NCBI RefSeq assembly: GCF_009834535.1
Contig: NC_045707.1
Location: forward strand, 51,152,001 to 51,216,000
DNA: 64,000 nucleotides
Source: Camelus ferus
Taxonomy: Eukaryota
Direction: 5' to 3'
A program made the translations under genes and the position numbers. This document shows, piece after piece, positions 1 to 12,700 of the stretch (positions are counted from its first letter, which is position 1; the number at the start of each line of letters is the position of its first letter). Under the pieces are notes generated by a model. It did no database searches. It was not told where the DNA came from and saw only the letters and a list, made by a program, of their open reading frames with translations.

Positions 1-656
1 ATCTTCTCTCTCAGTTTAAGTGGGAATTTCTGAATTTTATGATCTAGTTCTAGATATTAAAGGGGGGAAGGACATTCCAAGAAAACAGAAGCCTAGCAGA
101 GACATAGAGACAGGAGTGTAACTTTCATGTGTGGGTAAGAGTGGATTTATTTGCCTAAATAAAGGGAGGCTCCTAGACAAACACGTTGAACAGATGTGGT
201 TGTGCCAGATAGTGGACAGCCTTGTAGATCATGCAGATAAGTGTGGATTGAAGTAGTAGATTTTTGTCTGGCACCAGTAAGAGCCTTTTAAAATCTTTGA
301 ACTTCTTGAGAAGCACATGGATGTTATATGTTTTAAAAATAGTAAGTTTTTTTTATTCAGTAATATTACACAATCCCCAAAATAGATACATGTTCTTTAC
401 AAATGTTAATGTATTTCTTAAAATCAAAATATACTTTTAACTTGTAGTTTAAAGGACCCCTGCAGTGAATCCTCTGTAAAGGATCATTTTATAATATAGC
501 CATATCCTAATTTAATTTTTATTAAGTTCTCAAGTTTTGTAGAATTTAAAATAAATGCAGTATAAATAAATATATATTTCCCCCGTATTTTAATGTAGTA
601 AAATAGTGGAAAGTTGAAAGTTTAAATAGTAAAGAGTCTGTGGTTGTTTTTCACAG

Positions 657-780
657 GACTCATCAAGCTCTTCCTCGAGATGCTGTTATAGAAGATTTAC
701 GTTTACGAAATAAATACCTCCAAGAAAAACTTCATGCTTTAGAAAAACAGTTTTCAAGGGATGCATATTCTAAGCCTTCA
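657..780 (+). CDS. CEP290: CEP290 exon (human exon 44 equivalent)
   Basis: cacag|g ACT CAT..., THQALPRDAVIEDLRLRNKYLQEKLHALEKQFSRDAYSKPS|gtaagt; 124 nt. Confidence 0.95.
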
Positions 781-3700
781 GTAAGTGTACATCTATTCTT
801 TTTTCATTCTAAAGTTTAAAAGTAAAATCAACTTGTACCTTTATCTGGCTTAAAGTGGCAGATCCCTCCCACTAATATTAATGCAAGAAATTCAGCTTTT
901 ATTTTTACTAGGTATTGATGTATATTAACTTCTCTGATGCTTTTTTTGTAACAGTAAACGTAAGATTCTTATGCTTTGCATAAAACTTCATTACAAATGA
1001 TTTTTGGAGATTTTAAATGTAGTTATGAGTTTTGCTGTGGTAAGAACATACAGTTAGATAAAATAGGAAAATATGTTATAGCATTATTTCCATTCAAATG
1101 TGTGATATGTTTCTAGTTTTTCTTTATAATTAACAGAAATATTTGTTGTATCTTATTTTAAAACACTCATGTGTATATTTTTATTATTTTTTTCCTTTTC
1201 TTTTCCTGTTTCTTCTCTTTCTTCTGCTTCAAGCAGAGTCTGTCATGTGACACAGCTGTGCTTTCTACTCTTGCTACCAGTGTTAGTAAAAACAGGTACA
1301 ATATTCTTCACAAAAAGAATGCTTTACACAGGAACAAAAAGAAACCCATAACAGTACTCAGAATTAAAGATGGGAAGGGAATAGATGTCAGTGACAAGTT
1401 ATGTCATCAGCTACCTAGAAATACTGCACAGTATTATGGTAATGAAGAAAAACACAAAGCAGAAGTTATTGTAGATCCTGCTGAGCTAAATAAGTCTGAG
1501 TCACGGCCAAACAATAAATCAAGTCCATTTAGGTCAACAGATGGTACCTTGGCAGATTTTAACTCCAATGTTGAAAAGGAACCAGATCCTGAAATTGAGA
1601 ATATTAATCAGGACTCTTGTGAAAATTATGAACAGGGTTATAAAAACAAGGAAGAGAATGAGCTAGGCAAGAATGAGAAAGGAAAGGGACACGTAGCTGA
1701 AGATGTGGGTCACAGCCATCACATGGATCCAGAAGAATCTGCCGGGGAGGACGGTGGCTGTGCCGCAGGGGCTGCTGCGGTGACTCAGTGCGCTGAGGAG
1801 GATGCGCAGGCAAACTCTGAAACTGATGCGCCAGCCCAGTCGAGAAACGAAGTGTCCCAGGTTTAAGTCCGTGGCAGTCTGCTATTTCTCTGTTAGCTGA
1901 GTTCTCTTATAGCAAGTAGTATATGTATATGATGCAAATAGAAACAAATTGTGTAGGATTTGTAAAAAATATTAGTTTTTAATAAACTTCTCTTTAAACC
2001 CTAACATATGACTAGTTCCTACAAAAAATTAGTGATTGTGCATTTCCTAGTTCATGTTAGTACTCACTGTTTTACCATCAGTATTCACAATACGTTGCAG
2101 AGCATTATTCCTATCTTATGTAGAAAGCTTGGAGAATAAGTAACATCTCTGGTAAACAGAAACAGACTTACAGACATAGAAAACAAACTTACAGTTAGCG
2201 AAGGGGAAAAGTGGGTGGGGGAGAGATAAATTAGGAATTTGGGATTAGCAGATACACACCACTATATATAAAATACATAAACCGCAAGGTCCTACTTACT
2301 GTATAGCACTGGGAACTATATTTAATATCCTGTAATAAACCACAATGGGAAAAAAACATCTCTAGTGATCAAGAAGATGCAGAACCAAGACTTAAATGCA
2401 GGTTTAATTTTACAGTTCATGAACTTTTTATATACACACTACTTTTGGTCAGTTTCCATTGCAGTCCAAAATAAGTTTGTTCCCAATTGAAATCAAATAG
2501 CATTCATTCATTTATTCCTTCCTTTCCACCTCAGATATTCCAGTCACCTAAGTCCTCATTAAATAGACACTTAAATTAAGAGAAAATGGATGAAAGTGAC
2601 TTAATTCTTCTTCCATTTTCTTATCAAGGTTCATAATGCTTCTCTTCTTCACTTGAAAAGTAATTGAGAATTAGAGACTTCCACTGTGTATTATCTTTAT
2701 CTCCCACCCGCTAAGATTTTGATTTCTAGCAGTATATATCTTTTAACAAGATTCTTCCATAAAACAATTTGGAAGTCTCGAAAAATTCATTATATAAGAA
2801 TTCCATTTATTTTATTTTCGTAGAGGAGTTTTATTAGAATTTATTTTCCAAAAATTTGGACAATCTCAACTGATACCTTTAGTTTTGTTTTCTGAGACTT
2901 GGAAGGGAAAAAAAATGATCCACATTCACTTACATAATAATTGCATCCGTATTTTAGTGAGGAGGACTGTTGGAAAAAATCCTCATGTGAGATCACCAGA
3001 TAGAATTATTCTCCTCTGTGAGTGGAATTTAATCTATTTTATATCTGTCAGTCAGGGGAACTGATTTGTTAAGTAGCTATCATAGGCTGAAGAGAGAAGT
3101 AAGAAAGACAGAAGAGCTCAGGGACAGAGAACTACAGATTTCCATGTCTGAAGAGACATTAAAAATTACCCTCGCTAGTGCCTTCATCTGTAAGACGCAA
3201 GAACCCTGCAGGTGGTGTGATTTGCCTAGTGTTAACCTAACAGTAGTAAAACCAGAATGTATGCTTGGGTTATCTGACAGAAAATAAGTAGGGGCATATT
3301 CCTACTGACGTCATCAGATTTATCTGTGTTATTTTTCTTGCCTACTGTGTATGTATGTTCACATGCACACACACACCCTCCAACAAATGGAAATTAGGTG
3401 GGCACATGCAGTGTTTCTGCCAGTGTTGTGTTATATGCCCTCAGGTCAGAATCAAAGCTTAGCCTAGAATTTCTTTACTTTTCTGTATCCTATTTTCTCA
3501 TTTTTTAACTTTTACTGCATTTTACCTAAGAAAACGTTTTTGTTTTTGTTTTTTTTAACCTAAGGGTGAATATATCAGAATGTAAAATATTTAACCTACT
3601 GCTAATTGAAAAGATGTTATTGAGCCATGTGTAATAAATATATATAATATTGTACTTTAATAATAATCTATAATATGTAATATATTAATATGATAATAAT

Positions 3701-6700
3701 CATGATAGCGTCTGTGGAGTTATTGATAGTTTATTAAGCCAGTAGAGAGAGAAGGGGATGGTGGGAAAAAAAACAGCTGTTCTGAGTGCTTTCACAAAAT
3801 TATTTCATATGATGTTCATTAACAGTCTTTTGAGGTAAGTGGTATTCTATCCACTTTATGGAAAAAGGGAATCAAGCACAGGTTTCTCTTTCAAATAATC
3901 TATAGTTTAGAGTGAGAAATAAAAAATGAACATAAATAATAACCCAAGGTGGATTCATGCCGAGAGAAATGCAAAGTGTTACTGGATTTTAGAGGAAGGA
4001 GTGATTACTTTAGCTCAAGGAAAAAGGAAAAGCTTTCTACAGGAGGAAGGAATTGAGGCACTTTTTTGTAGGCTTGTGTCTTCATTTGCTAGGCTCACCA
4101 TAACAAAACACCACAGAGTTGATGGCTTAAACAACAGAAATTTATGTTCAGTTCTGGAAGCCAGAAATCCCAAATCAGCAGGGTGGTATTCCTCTTTAGG
4201 CTGTGAGGGAAGGATCTATTCCAGGCCTCTCTCCTTGCCTTGTGGATGACTAGCTTCTCTCTGTCTCTTCACATTGTCTCCCTTTTGTGTATGTCTGTGT
4301 GTCCAAATTTCCCTTTGGTACAAGAACATCAAACATTGTTTGATTAAGGCACATTCTAATGAGCTGATTTTAACCTGATATCTCTGTAAAGACCCTATCT
4401 CCAAATAAGATCATTCTGAAGTACTGGGGGTTAGATTTTCAACATATGAATTTGGGGGGTTGGGTGGGGGCCAGGGTGTTAATACAATCTATCACAGGTA
4501 GATAACAGTCTCATTTTATTTTTGGACTAGAAAACTACCACAAATTAGTCATTATGAGAGTATATATGGAGGCTTTGTATGTGTGGACAATATTAAATCA
4601 TACGTGACTTTCTATATTAATCCAAACAAAACTACCCTTTTCTCCTGTGAGTTTGTTTGTGGTTATTTTCTTTAGAGCTCTCCAATTTTCTCATTTCTTT
4701 GAGGAAAAATGTTCCCTTTTAGCATGGTGTTTTCTTACCCAGTGTGTCTTACACAGCTTTTATTTGTTAAACCTTAAAAATATTCCTAACTTCATTTTCC
4801 TGAAGACTTCAGAAGTAGAATCAGATGATCATTATCAAAGAGAACAGGAGCTCCAGAAGGAAAACTTGAAGTTGTCATCTGAAAATATTGAACTAAAATT
4901 TCAACTTGAACAAGCAAATAAAGATTTGCCAAGATTAAAGGTAAATTTAATATTCTTCGTTATAGTTAGGAAATCTAATGCCTGAAAACCTTTTTTCTCT
5001 CTACTTAATTGTTACGTTTACCCTATTAGCTCATGAAGAAGTCAGAAACTCATGTTCATAGAATATCAGGATAGTATTATACTCTCTACATTCTAGGTCA
5101 GGTGTTCTAGGTACTGGAAAACAGCAGCTAAAAAAATTCTCGCACTCATAGAGCTTTCATTCCAGTGGGGAAAGCTACTAATCGGTAAACACGTCAATAT
5201 ATAGTATGTCGGCTGATGTTAAGTGCTAAGAAGAAAAAGCATGTTTGGGGTGAAAGATGTGTGTATGTGTGCTGGAGAGGGGTACAGCTGACCCTTGAAC
5301 TGCGAGGATCCACTTACATGAGGATCCACTTACATATTTTTCGATGGTAAATACTGCTGTACTGCGTAACCCATGTTTGTTTGAACCCATGGATACCGAG
5401 GAACTGCAGATATGGAGAGTATAAGTTACACCCCCACATTGTTCAAGGGTCAACTATATATGGAATCGCTATTTCAAATTGGGTAGTAAGGGGAGGCTTC
5501 CTTAATAAAATGAAATTTTAGCAGAGAGCTAGGGGATAGGTAAAGAAGTGGGCCATACGAATACCAGAAAAAGAGTTCCAGACAACAGAAATAACAAGCT
5601 CAAATGCCCTGTGGCAAGGTTGGAGGTTGGTGTAATTAATTAGCAGTTGTCACACTTTAAAATACTAGGATAGCTCTAAAAAAATAAAGTCTTTAAATTA
5701 AAATAAATATATAGTAGAATAATTGTCTCTGTTAGAAATTTTACTTTATTTTGATGTTTATAATGCTTCTTTTTGGTTTTCTAAGTCTTATCCTATTTAT
5801 GGGAATCTTTTTCTCTTGCCTGGCTAATTGTTTCTGTTCTATTTTTTAGCCTAGAATATAAGCAGTCTGTTAATTCCACTGATAAGTAATGGCATATGAG
5901 CTATGTTGCTTCTCATTCTGATTTTTACAGTATTAGAACCAGTGTTGGAAGATTAGTTGTCTTTCTCTGTACAGTATGGTATGGTTCTACAGAGGTAATT
6001 TATGGGACAGTCAAAATCAGGAGTTCTAAACTCAAATTTCTATTGTAACTGAGGCAATAATACGGAAAATATTTCTCAAAATTCACATACAAAATGCTTC
6101 TATATTAATACACTTTAATTCAGTATGTCCTATTTTAATTCAAAATCCTCTTCATAGGTGTGAAGGCTCACTTGTTTAATTCAGCTATACAGTTGAAAAG
6201 ACTGATGGTTCAGATGAATTGTTTGCCTTTCCTTTTCAGTGGCTATAGCTATTTTAAATTGTTACATGTTTTCTTTAATCTTTCAGAGTCAAGTAAAAGA
6301 CTTGAAGGAAATGTGTGATTTTCTTAAGAAAGAGAAAGCAGAAGTAGAGCGGAAACTTGGCCACGTTAGAGGGGTAAGTATGAACGTATGCCATATGTTT
6401 GTTTTGGTTTCAGAAGTGATAAGCTGGAAGTGGGAAAAAAAAGTTTGGATATGTCATAACAGTATTGATAGTCCTCTTACTAGTGCCTCTAGCATCAGTT
6501 TTTATTCTGCTGCATCTACGATGTAAAATATCATTAAGCTTTCTCTTTGTTTCAAGTTAAGTGTGTTATCATCTATCACATCTTACATGCTTTTTATTCC
6601 ACTTGGACTCTATACCATCTCTTGTCATTGCATATCCCTCCACACCTTGAAAACTTGTAACTTCCAGGACTCTTCCTTCTGTTCATTGAGGTAACTTCTA

Positions 6701-9700
6701 ACTGCTCCTTGGTCTGATTCTAACATTTTATAACTATTTTTTATGATAACCATGGTGACTTCTTAGTTATAATACTAATATGCTAATGTTCTTTGCAGTA
6801 TACCAGGGTTTGAGCTGTTACTTATTAGTTGCATGACTTTAGGAATATCAGATTCTCCGAGTTTTGATTTCCTTGTATATAAAGTGAGGATTATAATTCC
6901 TCTTTCATAGCATTATTTTAATGATAAGTTGAAGTGATACAAGCTTTGGCTTCAAATACAGGAATCAACAATGATTTTAATAATAAATCTCATGTTCTTG
7001 GCACTTTATATTATACTTTCTAAAATATTTGATTAAATAAAAACTTGACACATTTCTTTCTAGTCTGGTAGAAGTGGAAAGACAATCCCAGAGCTAGAAA
7101 AAACCATTGGTTTAATGAAAAAAGTAGTCGAAAAAGTCCAAAGGGAAAATGAACAGTTGAAAAAAGCATCAGGAATACTGACCAGTGAAAAAATGGCTAA
7201 TATTGAGCTGGAAAATGAAAAGTTGAAGGTAATATTTTTAATGTGATCATCTGTACAGAATGTTTTACTAATATAATTTTTATTAACTTTTAAGGACAGT
7301 TTTAAATATACTATATAAAATGGCTTTAGAGGATATTTTATACATATAGAAAAAAAAAAATACTGGAGACAAGGGCTGAGTAGTTAGCGTATCACCACTT
7401 GGTCATCTTATTTCCGACCAGCGGTTCTCTGGCAGCAAAAAGTAATTAACTGGGTCTATATTCAACAGTATAGCTTCCTGAGCCTCCAGTTTTGAGATTG
7501 ATTGGATTATTTCAGGGTTGGTCCTATAATAGGTATTGTGGTTTTTTTTTTTTTTGTTTTTTCTTTAAGTCACCCACTCACTCTAAGCCAGGATTGGGAA
7601 CCTCTGCTCTGGTCATCTGACCAGTATTAAACGGAAGAATTTAGTTCTAACTATGTCAAGTGTGGTCTCTAAAACTACGTTAAAGTAAGTTTTATGAGTG
7701 TACAACATCATTGTTTATTTCCTTGTTTTGATAAGGTAGAGTTTTTTTTAATTACTAGGCTGAATTAGAAAAACTGAAAGTTCATCTTGGACGTCAGCTT
7801 GAGCATGCAGTATGAATCCAAGACCAAAGGCACAGAGAAAATTGTTGCTGAAAATGAAAGGCTTCGTAAAGAACTTAAAAAAGTATGACTTTCACTACTG
7901 ACTGTAATTATTTTTATGTTAATAAACTGGTACACTTTGGGAAAACTGGATGAAAAAGCTAGTCTATTCAGAGTCTGTATTAAGAGATTTAGGAATTGTG
8001 TTTTTATGCCCACCATCCTTTTACTATGAGGAACATTGAAAGTAAAAATTAATAGATTGATAGGTAGTATAATGGAGAAGCTACATAGCCAGGATTCAAA
8101 TGCTGACTCTATCCCTTCTTAGCCCAGGGAACTAGGGCAAGCTTCTATTCCCTCTCCATCTCTCAATTTCCTCATCTGTAAAACTGGGACTATTAAGTAT
8201 ACCTGTTTCCCAGAGCTACTGAAGGGCTTAAATGAGATAATATTTGTGTACATGACCTAGAATAATGCCTGATGTACAATAAAGAATATATAAAACTGTT
8301 TTCTTTAAACGATTTTATGAAGTCTTTACTGTGTCAAAATACATTCCTTGCCCCAGACAACTAGGTCCAGGGAAGTAAGTTGAAATTAGTATTTTTAAAC
8401 TATTTATAACAGTATCTGAATATACTTTGAGGCCAGTGTGATACTGTGCTTTGAATGTGGATGTTTAATAGTGGAAATAATCTTTGGTACTCACCCATAC
8501 TTTAGATTTCTAGTTATGTTTCTCAGGAATTAAAGAGTCCAAACATCTTTTAAAAATCTAAAGACATAACTATCTCATTTTCTGTAACTATTACAGACAA
8601 AGCTGATAAATTTAAAGTAACCACTAGAGTAAATACTTGTAAATATATTTTTATAATCTCATTTACATGATCTGTTCTAAATATTATGATCATTGCTGTT
8701 TTAGATTAGAAGAAACATTGGATTTTTATTGGAATTTTAATCAGCATTAGAACTCCACTTTATTTTTTTCTAGTTTGTAGTGATAATTTTGAATATATCA
8801 CATCCATGAGAACAGTAGTATGTTTTGTCATAATACACTAATTATCTTTTAATGATAGGAAACTGAAGCTGCAGAGAAATTGCGGATAGCTAAGAACAAT
8901 TTAGAGATATTAAATGAGAAGATGACAGTTCAACTAGAAGAGACTGGGAAGAGATTACAGCTGGCAGAAAGTAGGGGTCCACAGCTTGAAGGTGCTGACA
9001 GCAAGAGCTGGAAATCAATTGTTGTTACAAGGTAGGAACAAATGGTTTAAAACACAAAGTTTAATCAGTTCTAATTCTGCCATTATTACTTTTCAAGGAT
9101 GTGATACTATTCTGATTAACTTAGTTCTTTCCTTGATGAACTGTTTTGCTTTAACACGATCCTCACTTTTTCTTCCTGAAAATATTTAACTGAGTGGGTT
9201 GTCAGAGCAAAGGACAGAGCAGAGCTGGGGCTGGGCTGAGGGTGTTGGAGCTGGGTCGGCGTAATGAAGGTGCTATCAGCCGCGAGCCTGGACTGCTGGT
9301 GCCCAGCTTCTCCTGGGTGCTGCTTTTCTCCAGCCACCCCTCTGCCTCGTCACTGTAAGCAATTTCTACCCCGAGTAGAAGCCAGGCACAGAAGAAGTCG
9401 AGCTGTCTTGTCACAACCTGTGGCACACCGGATCTGGGCTGTGCTGCAGTTTTGGAGTTACATTCTCAGCTTCTTGCTCTTCAAATAGCCTCAAAAGATG
9501 AATTCAGCAAACAGCTTTAGTGTCTTACTGGCCTCTGCTTTCTGGCATTTGATTTTCTCCCTCCCCTTGAGCCCATTCTACAAGTATGTGTGAGCCCTGC
9601 CTGTCAGATAAACTTTGTGGCTATGAACGAGGTGATGGGAATTCACTACTGAACATTCACATGTTCATCGCCTCTATCACCAGGGGTGGTTCATCATGAC

Positions 9701-12700
9701 ACTGATGAGTCAGTAAAAGGCTTTGGTGTCATTCTCATTTCCAGCCTTAAGCAGCTGCTTCAAGGAGTCTGTATGGAAGCCAGAGACCAGTGAGATCCTG
9801 CCCATGTCCTTTCCCATTAAAGTCATCCTGTCTGAAGTTGCCTTCTTTACGTCTGCTGGCCCCATTTCAGAAGGCAAACTCGTCTTAATCTTACCATATT
9901 CCTAGAGTTCCTTATGTCCATGCATCTCACTTCTCCCCTTAGGTGTCTACCTGCTGTTTAGAGTGGACTTGATGAGGTATGGATTGGCAGTGACCACCCC
10001 GACAAGTAGCATGGGAACCTTAGCACTGCGAGGCTACAGCTGGTCCCATAGTGGCCTGCTGCACTGCCAATCTGTCAACCAGGTCGAAGGAGAAAAGAAA
10101 GGATATGCAGGTAGGTTAGAGGTGCAGGTGGCCAGGAATTTCTGGAGGCGGATCCTTGGTCCGTGTCCTAACATCACACTGAGAGCATTCAGAATCCACT
10201 CTTCCCCTCTATAGCTGTCTCTTCCCCTCTAATTCTGTCAGAGGGCTAGTGTGAGGACTAAATGAAATAATACGTGTGATAGATAGTAGAAAGGGGAGAA
10301 GGGGCCTCTTCTGCCTGCTTGGACCCCAGTAGAGGCTCTCACCCAGCAACCCTGTCAGTTGATTTCTTGGTTGGTCCTTTATTTCCTTCTACAATCACCT
10401 ATGGATTAAGAAAGAATTCTGAATTACTTTGAGATGTATTTATCCAGCAGGAATTTACTCAGTACCTGCTAAATGCCAGACTCTGCTTTATGTTAGAAGT
10501 ATTTCTAAAAGGCCTACTTTGGCTCGGTTCCTTTAGAAAGCCAGGTAGCTGCCATGGCTTACAATTACCTAATTGCCACCATGACCTTAAGTGAATTACA
10601 GCTCTTCTGTGAGCTCAAGTTTTTTAATCTGTGGAAATGATAATCCCTGTCCTTTTTTTTCCTAAAAAGGGCTTTGTGAGGCTGCAGAAAAGATTATTAA
10701 TGTGAAAGGGTTTATAAAGTTTATAAACATTTGAGAGGTTTGATGATATTTAACCATAACTGAAGATGACTTTGCCTTTTAGATTATGTATGTGTTTTTA
10801 ATCCAAGAACTGTACAGGTAACTGAGCATAGAGTAGGCCTTACGTAAACCCTTTTGGAAAAAACGTTAAGTCCTAGCAGAATCCACTTGACAGAAGGCTA
10901 ATTCTGATCCTTGACCTCAAGCCTCCCTAAATCCACTGAAAAGAATTACTGAAGTCTGCAGCTGTAGTTAGGCACCCCGCTCAGTAAAGTGGTTTGGAGA
11001 TCTCTTTTGGTGCCCATGGCACATTGCTCATGCTGACATCTTTATAGTTGCTCTGTTGTTACTCAACAAACTAATGACATCTATTCCATATCAGGCTTTA
11101 TAATACTGACTGCTGACAGGCCGGGGTGATGTGGGAGCTGTTTCAGATAAGGTGCTCAGGGAAGGCCTCTCTGACTGGATGGCATTTGAGCCAGGAATTG
11201 AATGAAGGGAAGGAATGAACTTCTGATATTTCACCACTTTGATAGGCTTTGTAGGATAAGAACACTGCCTTCTAATCTAAGTTTTAAAATTTATCAAAAG
11301 CTCTTTGGTAATAATTATATTATTATGTATTATGTTGTAATATTGAGATAATGTTCCTTCCTTGTCCTGTCCTTACCTGATTTTGTTGCCAAATTGTTCC
11401 TTTTTCCCTTTTTCTGGAAAAATTCGAATATTATAAGCATTGTCTCACTTTAATGTGGTATGTTGTGCTTGTAAAACCATTTTGGCTCAATGTTTTTTAA
11501 AATTTCTTTTAGAGTCTGGATTTTTTTTTTTTTTTTTTTTTGGTAACTACTGATCATTTCTTTAAAGGTTACGAATCTATTGAGATTCTTACAAGCTTCA
11601 TCTCTCCCCCATATTATACCAGTTTTTTTACCCCTGTTTTTACACATTCTTTTCCCTCCCAGCAGTGTTCTTTTGGTTTTGCTCTACCTGGATACCTCGT
11701 GTGTGTGTGTATACACGTGCACGTGTTTTAGTTTGTTATCTTTAGGTACATTCTTAAGAATATCCAATAATAGAGAATTTGATACTCTGTTGAATTTTAA
11801 TTTCTATTTCTTCATTTTGTGACTGAAAAAGGTATTAAGGTATTAATTTTAATCTTTTTTGAGTTTTTTTTTAATTGAAGTGTAGTTGATTTACAATGTT
11901 AGTTTCAGATATACAGCAAAATGATTCAGTTATACACTTTCAGTGGTCAAATTCAGGCTCCGTTCTAGTTTATAACCTTGGGAAACACCTAAATCCTCTA
12001 TTTTAGTTGGCCTGTCTGTTAATAGGAATACTTACCCTGGCTGTCACCTAATGCTAAATAAATATGTAGGAAAAGATATGATGAGAAGGAACAGTATAAT
12101 ATTATTTTTAGTGCGATCCTTTGAACTGGCTTTTAAATTAATGAAAAAAATTATTTTTCATGTCTACACCATTATTTTCCTTTATACTTTCAGAATGTAT
12201 GAAACCAAGTTGAAAGAACTGGAAACTGACAATGCTAAAAAAACTAAAAGCCTTACTGATCTTAAACAGCTTGTAAGACAAGCAACAGAGAGGGAACAGA
12301 AAGTTAAGAAATACAACGAAGACCTTAAGCAACAGGCAAGTAATGTGATTTTTCTTTATGTGATAAAATAATGCATTATATTTCAAACCACTCCTTGGCA
12401 TCATCTTACATACGTAAAAATGAACTCTTGACTGATTCCTCTCCTAGAAGGACCATCTAAATGAATGGTGCCACCATTCACCCATTTGTTTAAGCCACAA
12501 ACCTTGGATGAGACTCCTTTCTTTTCACTCCTACCTCACGTCTTTTTCATTAAGTCCCATCAGCTCTGTTTTCAGATATATCCCAAACCTGCTGACATCT
12601 CAGCACCTCCAGCACTGCCAGTCTGACCTTAGCCATTGTCTCACCCCTGAACTGTTGCAGTGACTTCCTAACTGGTCTCCCTGCTTCCACTCTTGTCTTG

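Noticed and set aside
3052..3287. Possible second extra CEP290 exon (73-aa ORF)
   Set aside because: The nearby acceptors (3051, 3055) give immediate stops in phase 0.
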